Part shown: positions 32,831-39,784 of the stretch, one piece after another
Layout of the letters: every line of letters begins with the position of its first letter
Position numbering within the stretch: the stretch's first letter is position 1
Assembly: GCA_031274465.1 (NCBI GenBank)
Contig: JAISQC010000109.1
Location: 1 to 39,784 of the forward strand
Direction: 5' to 3'
Length of the DNA stretch: 39,784 nucleotides
Source: Synergistaceae bacterium
GTDB taxonomy: Bacteria > Synergistota > Synergistia > Synergistales > Synergistaceae
The notes under the pieces: model-generated
Told to the model about the DNA's origin: nothing
The model's database searches: none
What the model saw: the letters and a program-made list of their open reading frames with translations, nothing else
Made by a program: the position numbers and the translations under genes

Positions 32831-34393
32831 ATGAGGCATCGCGAGTCGCTTTGGAAAAAATTTCTCACCGTCGCGCTGTTCGCATTCGCGTTGGGTCTTT
32901 TGCCCTATTTTTGGCGGGCCGGCTTCGTCGGGACGCGCGAAGCCGCCACAGGCGGATACGGAGGCGTCGCCTCGTACGCCAAGGCGATGTCCAGATACAT
33001 CCCGCACCTGCTGACCGCCTACGTCGCGTGCATAGCGGCGCTCGTCTTCATGGAGGGCCGCAACCCGGACAGGACGATACTCTGGCTTATGACCCTCGTC
33101 TTCATACCGGTGATCGGGATCGTCCTGTACATCCTCCTCGGGCCGGATTTCAAAAGGATGAAGATGCGGCGGATGTTCAGGCCGACCCGGTCGCATCCCA
33201 GGAGCGAGACCCTTGCCTGGCGGCAGGCGTCGGACAGGGTGCGCAAGGCGGCCACGCTCGCATTCAGGAGCTCGAACGCGCATCTGTGCGAACGCAACGA
33301 AGTGGGGCTGCTGGTGGACGGCACGGAGGCCTTCGGGGCCATAAAGCGCGAGCTGGAGCGCGCCAAACGCTATATAAACATAGAATACTACATCTTCAGG
33401 GACGACGCGCTGGGGCAGGAGATCGCGCGCATCCTGCGGGAAAGGTCGGCGGCCGGGGTCCGGGTCCGAATGTTGCTGGACGGCGTCGGAAGCTGGAAAC
33501 TTGGGAGGGCGCTGATAGGCGCCATGCAGCGTGACGGGGTGGACGTGCGCACCTTCATGCCGGTGTCGTTCCCGTTTTTGCGCAGCAGGCTGAACTTTCG
33601 CAACCACCGCAAGATAATAGCGATAGACGGGGCCGTCGCCTTCACAGGGGGGCTCAACGTCGGGCTGGATTACCTGGGCGAGGGGCCGCTTGGGCACTGG
33701 CGCGACACTCATGCGGTTTTTCGCGGCGAGGCGGTGCGCGCGCTCGACGCGGTTTTCCTCTCCGACTGGGAGATCGTCACAGGGGAAAATCCGGCGCCGG
33801 ACGACGCTGAGTCCTCCGATGGATGCGGAGGGGGCGCCCCGCTGCCAGTCGTCCCGCTGCAAATCGTGCCGAGCGGCGGATCGGCGTGGAGGTCGATACG
33901 GCAGATGTATTTCATGATGATCACCGAGGCGCAATGGAGGATATGGATAACGACCCCTTACCTGATACCGGGGGACGAGATACTCGAAGCCCTGAAGATA
34001 GCCTCTCTCTCGGGCGTGGACGTGAGGCTGCTGATTCCAAAGACCAGCGACCACTTCCTCTCCCATTGGGCGGGGTTCTCGAACGTGGAGGATCTGCTGC
34101 GGGCTGGCGTCAGGATATGGCTTTACGAAAAAGGCTTCGTCCACGCGAAGACGCTCGTCATGGACGGCGAGATAGCGTCCGTGGGCACGGCAAACCTGGA
34201 CAACAGGAGCCTCGACATAAACTTCGAGGTTCAGGCGTTCATATACGACGAAAAAATCTGCGAGTCCATGTCAGAACAGTTCGTCAAAGACCTTGCCGAC
34301 TCGACCGAATGCTCGCTCTCGGAGTGGGAAAAACGCGGCGTCGCGCATAAAATCCTCGAATCGGTCGGCAGGCTGTGGTCATCTCAGGTATGA
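32831..34393 (+). CDS. cls: Cardiolipin synthase (PLD superfamily)
   Basis: Two HKD motifs (HRKIIAIDGAVAFTGGLN and HAKTLVMDGEIASVGTANLDNRS). N-terminal TM pair with ILWLMTLVFIPVIGIVLYILLG. The start is ATG 32831, or alternatively 32987. Confidence 0.9.
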   Translation: MRHRESLWKKFLTVALFAFALGLLPYFWRAGFVGTREAATGGYGGVASYAKAMSRYIPHLLTAYVACIAALVFMEGRNPDRTILWLMTLVFIPVIGIVLYILLGPDFKRMKMRRMFRPTRSHPRSETLAWRQASDRVRKAATLAFRSSNAHLCERNEVGLLVDGTEAFGAIKRELERAKRYINIEYYIFRDDALGQEIARILRERSAAGVRVRMLLDGVGSWKLGRALIGAMQRDGVDVRTFMPVSFPFLRSRLNFRNHRKIIAIDGAVAFTGGLNVGLDYLGEGPLGHWRDTHAVFRGEAVRALDAVFLSDWEIVTGENPAPDDAESSDGCGGGAPLPVVPLQIVPSGGSAWRSIRQMYFMMITEAQWRIWITTPYLIPGDEILEALKIASLSGVDVRLLIPKTSDHFLSHWAGFSNVEDLLRAGVRIWLYEKGFVHAKTLVMDGEIASVGTANLDNRSLDINFEVQAFIYDEKICESMSEQFVKDLADSTECSLSEWEKRGVAHKILESVGRLWSSQV

Positions 34394-35559
34394 AAGGCCC
34401 GCGCCCTAACGGAGAGCGGATCTCGGACAAAAACGGCTTCTGGGCGGCGTCAGTCTGCCTGATATCCGTGGCTCACCTTCATGTCTACCTGGCCGTGGGG
34501 CGCCATCTCCCCTTCGCCTACGAAGCAGTGTGGCTCGCCGTGGGGGTCGCGTCGGTCATATCCTCGTACGCCGCCCACCGCATAGCCCCTCTTCGCCCGG
34601 TTTTGGGGTGGATGCCGCTCAATGCGGCGCTCCACCGCTGCGGCGCCTGCTGGAACGTCTTCGTCATCCTGGCGTCGTGCCTGCTGTTCGCCTCGCGGGC
34701 CGCGCCGGCGGTTGGGCGGATGCCGCTTGACGCCAGGTTCGCCCTGTCGTGCGCCGTCTCTTTCGCCGTCTGCGTTTACGGGCTGGTCGAAGGGAGCGTG
34801 GTCCGCACAGTGCAGGCCGAAATCCGCACCAAGAAGCTTCCGCGCGGCAGGAGGCTGCGCATCGCGCACCTGTCGGACCTGCACATAGGCCCGTTCATGT
34901 TTTTTTCCTTCGCGGACCGGGTAGCTCGGGCAGTGAAAAGCGCTTCGCCCGACCTCGTCGCGATCACCGGGGACATCGTCGATGGGCCGGTCGGCGACGA
35001 CGCAGGGATATTCCCGCGATACGCCCCGTTCGCCGACAAGTTCGGCGAGATGGCGGACGCCCCGCTCGGGGCTTGGGCTGTCCCGGGAAACCACGATTAC
35101 TACGACGGTTTCGGCAACTCGCGGGATTTCATGAAGCGCGCCCGGATCAAATTGCTGCGCACCGAGAAGGCGGACTTGGGGGACATCGTCTTAGCCGGCG
35201 CCGACGACATGGACCACAAAACGTGGTCCGAGACGCCGCGCATGACCAAATCGGAAGAACTGCTCGAATCGCTGACCGAGGCGGAGAGAGGGAAATTCGT
35301 CGTGCTCATGAGGCACAGGCCGAAAATAGAGGCGACTACCGTAGGGCTCTTCGACCTGCAGCTATCGGGGCACACCCACGGGGGACAGATGTTCCCGCTC
35401 CCGTCGTCGAGGCACAGGATACCGGGAAGGCCAAGGGGGCTGCTCGCGCTAGGCCGCGGGGCATACCTGTGCGTTACGAACGGGGCCGGTTTCGTAGGTC
35501 CCCCGATGCGTTTTTTCGCACCAGCCGAGATAGTGGTCATCGACCTGATCGGAGAGTGA
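34390..35559 (+). CDS. Membrane-anchored metallophosphoesterase (calcineurin-like)
   Basis: Several N-terminal TM segments, then LRIAHLSDLHIG, ITGDIVDG, VPGNHDYY and LSGHTHGGQ. The ATG at 34390 forms an ATGA overlap with the cls stop. Confidence 0.85.
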   Translation: MKGPRPNGERISDKNGFWAASVCLISVAHLHVYLAVGRHLPFAYEAVWLAVGVASVISSYAAHRIAPLRPVLGWMPLNAALHRCGACWNVFVILASCLLFASRAAPAVGRMPLDARFALSCAVSFAVCVYGLVEGSVVRTVQAEIRTKKLPRGRRLRIAHLSDLHIGPFMFFSFADRVARAVKSASPDLVAITGDIVDGPVGDDAGIFPRYAPFADKFGEMADAPLGAWAVPGNHDYYDGFGNSRDFMKRARIKLLRTEKADLGDIVLAGADDMDHKTWSETPRMTKSEELLESLTEAERGKFVVLMRHRPKIEATTVGLFDLQLSGHTHGGQMFPLPSSRHRIPGRPRGLLALGRGAYLCVTNGAGFVGPPMRFFAPAEIVVIDLIGE

Positions 35560-36043
35560 CAAGCCCCGCCAGGACGCGCGCGGGGTCCTCTATGACCCTC
35601 TGGTTCGAGCTGCCCTTGAAAGGGGTTTCGAGCGTTCGGAGGCTCTGCACGAACCTGCCGTCCACAAGCGCGTCCGCGCATCCGGCCAGCGCGATCTCGT
35701 CCGGGTCGCTCCGCTCCGCTATCTCCTCGATTGTATAGCCCGTGTATATCCAGAGGTTCGAGCCGAACTCGCGTACCCGCGCCGCGAACAACAGCAACTC
35801 CCGCGCCTGCGCCAACGGCTCACCGCCTGATATGGTGACCCCGCCCATGAGAGGGTCGCTTGAGGCATGGGCCAGAAAACCCGATATCAGCTCGTCCGGG
35901 CTCGCCTCGTAGCCTCCGAGGGGGTCGTGGGTCCCTGGGTTGTGGCAGCCGGGGCAGCGGTGGGGGCAGCCCTGGACGAACACGACGTAGCGCAGTCCAG
36001 GCCCGTCCACTATCGATTCCCCGATTACGGCGCTCAAACGCAC
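35537..36043 (-). CDS. nrdG: Anaerobic ribonucleoside-triphosphate reductase activating protein (radical SAM)
   Basis: SIVDGPGLRYVVFVQGCPHRCPGCHNP (CxxxCxxC). About 168 aa, directly downstream of nrdD. GTG start. Confidence 0.9.
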   Translation of the reverse strand: MRLSAVIGESIVDGPGLRYVVFVQGCPHRCPGCHNPGTHDPLGGYEASPDELISGFLAHASSDPLMGGVTISGGEPLAQARELLLFAARVREFGSNLWIYTGYTIEEIAERSDPDEIALAGCADALVDGRFVQSLRTLETPFKGSSNQRVIEDPARVLAGLVTLRSGR

Positions 36044-36122
36044 CTCGAACGCCGCTCCGCCGAGCAGAAACTAACGGCGGGGCATCCTCCCCCGCGCATA
36101 TTCAATGCTTTTCGTTTCGGCC

Positions 36123-38447
36123 TCATATACCGTGCTTCACCCTGTCGCGCTCCTCGGCGCGTTTCGCGTTGTTGAAGCGTTCGAGGGTCCCGACCAGGTA
36201 GCCGGTTATCCTCCGTATCCGTTCGAAATTGCGCCCTCCGGACCCCTCCGCCCTGCCGCATTTCGGGCAGCGGTCCCCGATTATCCCGCTGTACCCGCAC
36301 GCCGGATCCCTGTCCACCGGGTGGTTTATCGAGCCGTAGCCGATCCCCCGCTCCGCCATGTACCGCACGACCCGCTCGAACGCCTCCGGGTTGTGGGAGG
36401 CGTCCCCGTCTAGCTCGACGTAGGTTATGTGCCCGGCGTTCGTCAGTTCGTGATAGGGGGCTTCGATCGATATTTTTTTTGCGGCCGATATTTTATAGTA
36501 TACGGGCACGTGAAAGCTGTTGGTGTAGTACTCCCTGTCGGTGACGCCCTCTATCGCCCCGAATTCAGCCGCGTCGAGGCGCACGAAGCGGCCCGAGAGC
36601 CCTTCAGCCGGGGTGGCCAGAAGCGTGAAGTTCAGCCCGGTGGCCTCCGTCTCCCTGTCGAGCCGCTCGCGCATGAAGCGGGCGATGTCGAGGCCTAGGG
36701 ACTGGGATGACTCGTTCTCGCCGTGGTGGTATCCCGACAGCGACTTCAATGCCTCGGCGAGCCCTATGAAGCCGACCGACAGCGTGCCGTGCCTCAGCAC
36801 GGGCGCGACTTCGTCGTTCCACCCCAGTCGCTCGCTGTCGAGCCATATCCCCTGCCCCATGAGAAACGGGTAGTTGCGCACCTTTCTCGAGCACTGTATC
36901 CTGAACCGCTCCATGAGCTGCTTTATCACGAGTTCGATCTTTTCCTCCAGGCGGGAGAAAAAAGCGGCGATGTTCCCGCTCGACATTATTGCGATGCGCG
37001 GCAGGTTTATCGTCGTGAAGCTCAGGTTCCCGCGCCCATTGCTTATCTCCCGGCCCTTGTCGTGGGCGTTCCCGATGACGCGCGTGCGGCAGCCCATGTA
37101 GGCTATCTCGGTCTCGGTCCGCCCCTGCACGTAGTAGCGGGCGTTGAACGGCGCGTCCATGAACGCGAAATTCGGAAAGAGGCGTTTTGCCGAAACCCTG
37201 CACGCAAGCTGGAACAGGTCGTAATTTGGATCGCCGGGGTTGAAGCTCACCCCGCTTTTGACGCGAAATATCTGTATGGGGAAAATCGGAGTCTCGCCGT
37301 TGCCGAGCCCGGCCTCCGTCGCCAAAAGAAGCGACCGGGTTGCCATGCGCCCTTCCGGCGACGTGTCCATTCCGTAATTGACGCTCGAAAACGGCGTCTG
37401 GGCGCCAGCCCGGGAGTGCATCGTGTTGAGGTTGTGGACGAACCCCTCCATCGCCTGCAGAGCCGCGCGTTCAGTCGCCGCAGCCGCGTGGCGCGCCGCG
37501 AATTCCTGCGCCCGCATAACCGCCCCATCCTCGAACCCCGCTTCGAGCAGACGCGCGCGCTCGGCGTCCGCGTAATCCCCCCCGCCTTCTAGCGACGGGG
37601 CTTTGCCCGCGCTTTTGAGGGCCGAATGCGCCCTGCCGGCCGCTTCGAGATCGGCGCCGTCCAAAACCAGCTCAAGCGCCGTGCTTAAAAATTCGCGGTA
37701 TTTTCGAGCGTAGGTCTTAGCGATGCCGACTGCCATCGCGTAGTCGAAATTGACGATGCTCTGGCCCCCGTGCTGGTCGTTCTGGTTGCTTTGGATCGCT
37801 ATGCAGGCAAGCGCCGAATAAGAGGCTATGTCGTTCGGCTCCCTCAGGACCCCGTGCCCCGTCGAAAACCCGCCTTCGAAGAGCTTGAGCAGATCTATCT
37901 GGCAGCAGGTTGTCGTGAGCGCGTAAAAATCCAGGTCGTGGATGTGGATGTCTCCGGCCTTGTGTGCGTTTGCGAAGCGCGGGTCTATGACGAACATCTC
38001 GTAGAACTTTTTGGCGCCTTCCGAGCCGTACTTGAGCATCGTCCCCATCGGAGTGTCCGCGTCTATGTTAGCGTTCTCCCGCTTGCTGTCGCACTCCGTC
38101 GCGCCTTTGAACGCGATGTCCTCGTACGTCTTCATCAGCGAGGCCTTCATCTCGCGCACCCGCGTGCGCTCGGCGCGGTACAGAATATAAGCGCGCGCCG
38201 TGCGGACGCAGCCGCAGTCGATCAATGCCGACTCGACGACGTCCTGTATCTGTTCGACTGCCGGCGAGATGATCCCAGTCGATTCGATCTTCTCCTCCAC
38301 GATCTTCGCTATGCGCTCGTGCGCGCTCTCGCCCCCGGCGTCAAACTCCTCCCCTGTCGCCCTGAAAGCCTTGCATATCGCCCCCGCTATCTTTCCCCGG
38401 TCATAGCCTACATGCCTTCCGTCCCGCTTGCGTATCGTCCTTATCAT
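36123..38447 (-). CDS. nrdD: Anaerobic ribonucleoside-triphosphate reductase (class III)
   Basis: N-terminal ATP-cone (MIRTIRKRDGRHVGYDRGKI). C-terminal Zn motif (CGYSGIIGDRCPKCG). Glycyl-radical motif RIRRITGYLVG. An ATG at 38447 lies 7 nt after GGGGG. The ORF-track start at 38564 falls inside the riboswitch. Confidence 0.95.
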   Translation of the reverse strand: MIRTIRKRDGRHVGYDRGKIAGAICKAFRATGEEFDAGGESAHERIAKIVEEKIESTGIISPAVEQIQDVVESALIDCGCVRTARAYILYRAERTRVREMKASLMKTYEDIAFKGATECDSKRENANIDADTPMGTMLKYGSEGAKKFYEMFVIDPRFANAHKAGDIHIHDLDFYALTTTCCQIDLLKLFEGGFSTGHGVLREPNDIASYSALACIAIQSNQNDQHGGQSIVNFDYAMAVGIAKTYARKYREFLSTALELVLDGADLEAAGRAHSALKSAGKAPSLEGGGDYADAERARLLEAGFEDGAVMRAQEFAARHAAAATERAALQAMEGFVHNLNTMHSRAGAQTPFSSVNYGMDTSPEGRMATRSLLLATEAGLGNGETPIFPIQIFRVKSGVSFNPGDPNYDLFQLACRVSAKRLFPNFAFMDAPFNARYYVQGRTETEIAYMGCRTRVIGNAHDKGREISNGRGNLSFTTINLPRIAIMSSGNIAAFFSRLEEKIELVIKQLMERFRIQCSRKVRNYPFLMGQGIWLDSERLGWNDEVAPVLRHGTLSVGFIGLAEALKSLSGYHHGENESSQSLGLDIARFMRERLDRETEATGLNFTLLATPAEGLSGRFVRLDAAEFGAIEGVTDREYYTNSFHVPVYYKISAAKKISIEAPYHELTNAGHITYVELDGDASHNPEAFERVVRYMAERGIGYGSINHPVDRDPACGYSGIIGDRCPKCGRAEGSGGRNFERIRRITGYLVGTLERFNNAKRAEERDRVKHGI

Positions 38448-38465
38448 AGCCATGCCCCCAGACAT

Positions 38466-38494
38466 AAAAAAAGAATCGCGCACACGCACGATCC
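38466..38494 (-). terminator. Riboswitch expression-platform terminator upstream of nrdD
   Basis: Minus strand ggatcgtg-cgtgtg-cgcgattc (8 bp including 2 G-U pairs), followed by seven U (38466..38472) just before the nrdD SD and start. Confidence 0.6.
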
Positions 38495-38568
38495 CACAAG
38501 CGGCTGACGCCGCTTCGCATCCCGTGCCCCCGCAGGAATGGCGCGACGCGCGCGCCGATTGCAAGCCC

Positions 38569-38731
38569 GCCCCGGCGGCCGGTCTCCTGGCTCGTCATCG
38601 ACCTCCCCGGCGCCTTCCCGGCCCCCTGTTTGGGGAATCGGTGGCGTGATGCCGGTTCGTCAGACCTACAGTGGCGGGCACCGCGCCGGATTTTTTCTGC
38701 ATTCGCCGGCTTCCCATGCTCCGCTCGGGGC
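38569..38731 (-). promoter_or_regulatory. Cobalamin (B12) riboswitch aptamer
   Basis: The minus strand reads ...GGGAAGCCGGCGAATGCAGAAAAAATCCGGCGCGGTGCCCGCCACTGTAGG...GCCACCGATTCCCCAAACAGGGGGCCGGGAAGGCG...GAGCCAGGAGACCGGCC. It matches the conserved GGGAA/CCGGTGAAA/TCCGG/CCCGCCACTGTA core and the GCCAC...GGGAAGGC segment. It also has the B12 box (AGCCAGGAGACCGGCC, 38577..38590). A P1-like closing pair is gccccg/cggggc (38726..38731 with 38569..38574). Confidence 0.85.
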
Positions 38732-38755
38732 TAAATTGAAAATTTCACGCTAGAA

Positions 38756-38783
38756 ACTATATATCCACCGCCCGAAAAGTCAA
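38756..38783 (-). promoter_or_regulatory. Putative promoter of the riboswitch-nrdDG transcript
   Basis: Minus strand TTGACT (38778..38783), 16 nt spacer, TATAGT (38756..38761). It lies about 25 nt upstream of the aptamer. Confidence 0.45.
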
Positions 38784-38920
38784 GCGCCCGCGAAAAACGA
38801 CGGGCAATCCCTGCAGGCAGACGCATGAGAAAAGTCAGCCGGCGCAGAGGTTATGCTAAAATATTTAAGTAAGGATATTACCGCTATGGTTCATCGGCGA
38901 AGATCAAGGTGGGGGGAAAT

Positions 38921-39784
38921 ATGACAAAGTTTTTTTGTTGCTCGAAATTTCTGATCGCGGCGCAGCTGGCGTTGTCGGCAATGTCGTCCGAAAGGGCGTA
39001 CGCTGCGTCGGTGACGCTCGCGACGCCAAACGGCGAGATAAGGGGGTCGAGGAGCGAGGACGTCAGCGTCTATAACGGCATCCCATACGCGGCGCCGCCG
39101 GTAGGAGAGCTGAGGTTCGCTCCGCCGCAGGACGCGCCTGCGTGGGAGGGAGTGCGCGACTGCACGGAGTTCGCCCCGCAGGCCGTTCAGTATATGCCGT
39201 TCGAGGGACAGCCGATGTCTGAGGACTGCCTCGCGCTGAACGTCTGGACCCCGGCTCGCCCCGGGGACGGCGCCAAACTCCCGGTCTACGTGTTCATACA
39301 TGGCGGCGGTTTCGCCGAAGGCGCCGGCTCGCTGCCCATGTACGACGGAACCGGATTCGCGAAGAAGGGGATAGTGGCCGTCACGATCAACTACAGGCTC
39401 AACGCCCTCGGCTTTTTCGCGTCCCGGGAGACTTTGAAGCGATACGGCACTACCGGCAACTGGGGGATTCTGGATCAGATCAAGGCTCTCGAATGGGTGA
39501 GGGAAAACATATCGTCGTTCGGAGGCGACCCCGGCAAGGTGACGATCGGCGGCGAGTCCGCGGGAAGCTTCAGCGTCTCGATCCTCATAGCAAGCCCCCT
39601 CGCGAAGGGGTTGTTCCGCGGAGCCATCCTGGAAAGCGGAACTATCCTGTCCCTGCCGTTTCTCTCCACGTACGCCAGGAGCGATCCCGATAAATCGATC
39701 GCCGTGTCCGGCATGTTGGCGGATATCGTTGGGGCCGGGGACGACGAGAACGGGCTCGCCAGGATGAGAAGGGCTAACGCCGAG
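38921..39784 (+). CDS. Carboxylesterase type B (PnbA-like), secreted; 3' end outside the window
   Basis: My manual translation from the ATG at 38921 (SD GGTGGGGGGA) is open to the window end. It reads MTKFFCCSKFLIAAQLALSA..., then GIPYAAPPVGELRFAPPQ, EDCLALNVWTP, VFIHGGGF, and the nucleophile elbow GGESAGS. It is absent from the ORF track because no stop codon lies in the window. Confidence 0.85.
   Translation, partial: MTKFFCCSKFLIAAQLALSAMSSERAYAASVTLATPNGEIRGSRSEDVSVYNGIPYAAPPVGELRFAPPQDAPAWEGVRDCTEFAPQAVQYMPFEGQPMSEDCLALNVWTPARPGDGAKLPVYVFIHGGGFAEGAGSLPMYDGTGFAKKGIVAVTINYRLNALGFFASRETLKRYGTTGNWGILDQIKALEWVRENISSFGGDPGKVTIGGESAGSFSVSILIASPLAKGLFRGAILESGTILSLPFLSTYARSDPDKSIAVSGMLADIVGAGDDENGLARMRRANAE

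Noticed and set aside
38538-38753. Small plus-strand ORFs (38428..38649 and 38538..38753) and the long N-terminal extension of nrdD (38448..38564).
   Set aside because: The region is fully explained by a cobalamin riboswitch and its terminator on the minus strand. The ORFs have no SD and no motifs.
38891-39301. A 136-aa minus-strand ORF in the ORF track at the right end of the window.
   Set aside because: It is antisense to an open plus-strand frame with textbook type-B carboxylesterase motifs (GIPYAAPPVG, GGESAGS), so the plus-strand gene is the real one.

Overview
GC-rich (roughly 60% by eye) bacterial chromosomal segment, almost entirely core or housekeeping. I count about 38 protein genes, mostly on the minus strand, tightly packed and often joined by 1-4 nt start/stop overlaps (ATGA, TTGA, TGATG). 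Several genes use GTG or TTG starts. Order, left to right:
- Minus-strand string rplU-prp-rpmA-obg-nadD-LCP-rsfS.
- A secreted thioredoxin-like protein, then an EamA transporter (+).
- An LpxB-like GT19 protein plus a translationally coupled orphan.
- MBL hydrolase-dtd-relA/spoT-recJ-LapA-domain protein.
- Class I aldolase fbaB (+), a coiled-coil membrane protein with a 63-bp tandem repeat, a homocysteine S-methyltransferase and Hsp20 (+).
- A roughly 13 kb minus-strand envelope/isoprenoid string: three orphan envelope proteins, an rpiB-upp fusion, WecA/TagO, WecB/MnaA, murA, a P-loop-Asp23 fusion, family-4 UDG, uppS-cdsA-dxr-rseP and a glucosaminidase-domain protein.
- cls plus a membrane metallophosphoesterase (+).
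- nrdD-nrdG behind a clear cobalamin riboswitch with a terminator.
- The 5' part of a type-B carboxylesterase, running off the right edge.

I saw no rRNA, tRNA, CRISPR, transposase, integrase, or recognisable defence or toxin-antitoxin genes. Firmicute-like gene orders and an L27 propeptide with Prp sit alongside LpxB-like and LapA-domain genes. This hints at an atypical diderm lineage (Synergistota-like), but that is inference only.

I did not find a convincing new multi-gene system. The best unknowns are:
- the three-gene orphan envelope module at 29126..32606;
- the P-loop-Asp23 fusion;
- the RpiB-Upp fusion;
- a two-copy structured intergenic repeat;
- a prp gene with no canonical start codon upstream of its catalytic His.

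All protein calls rest on motif recognition by eye in the supplied translations. No database searches were run.
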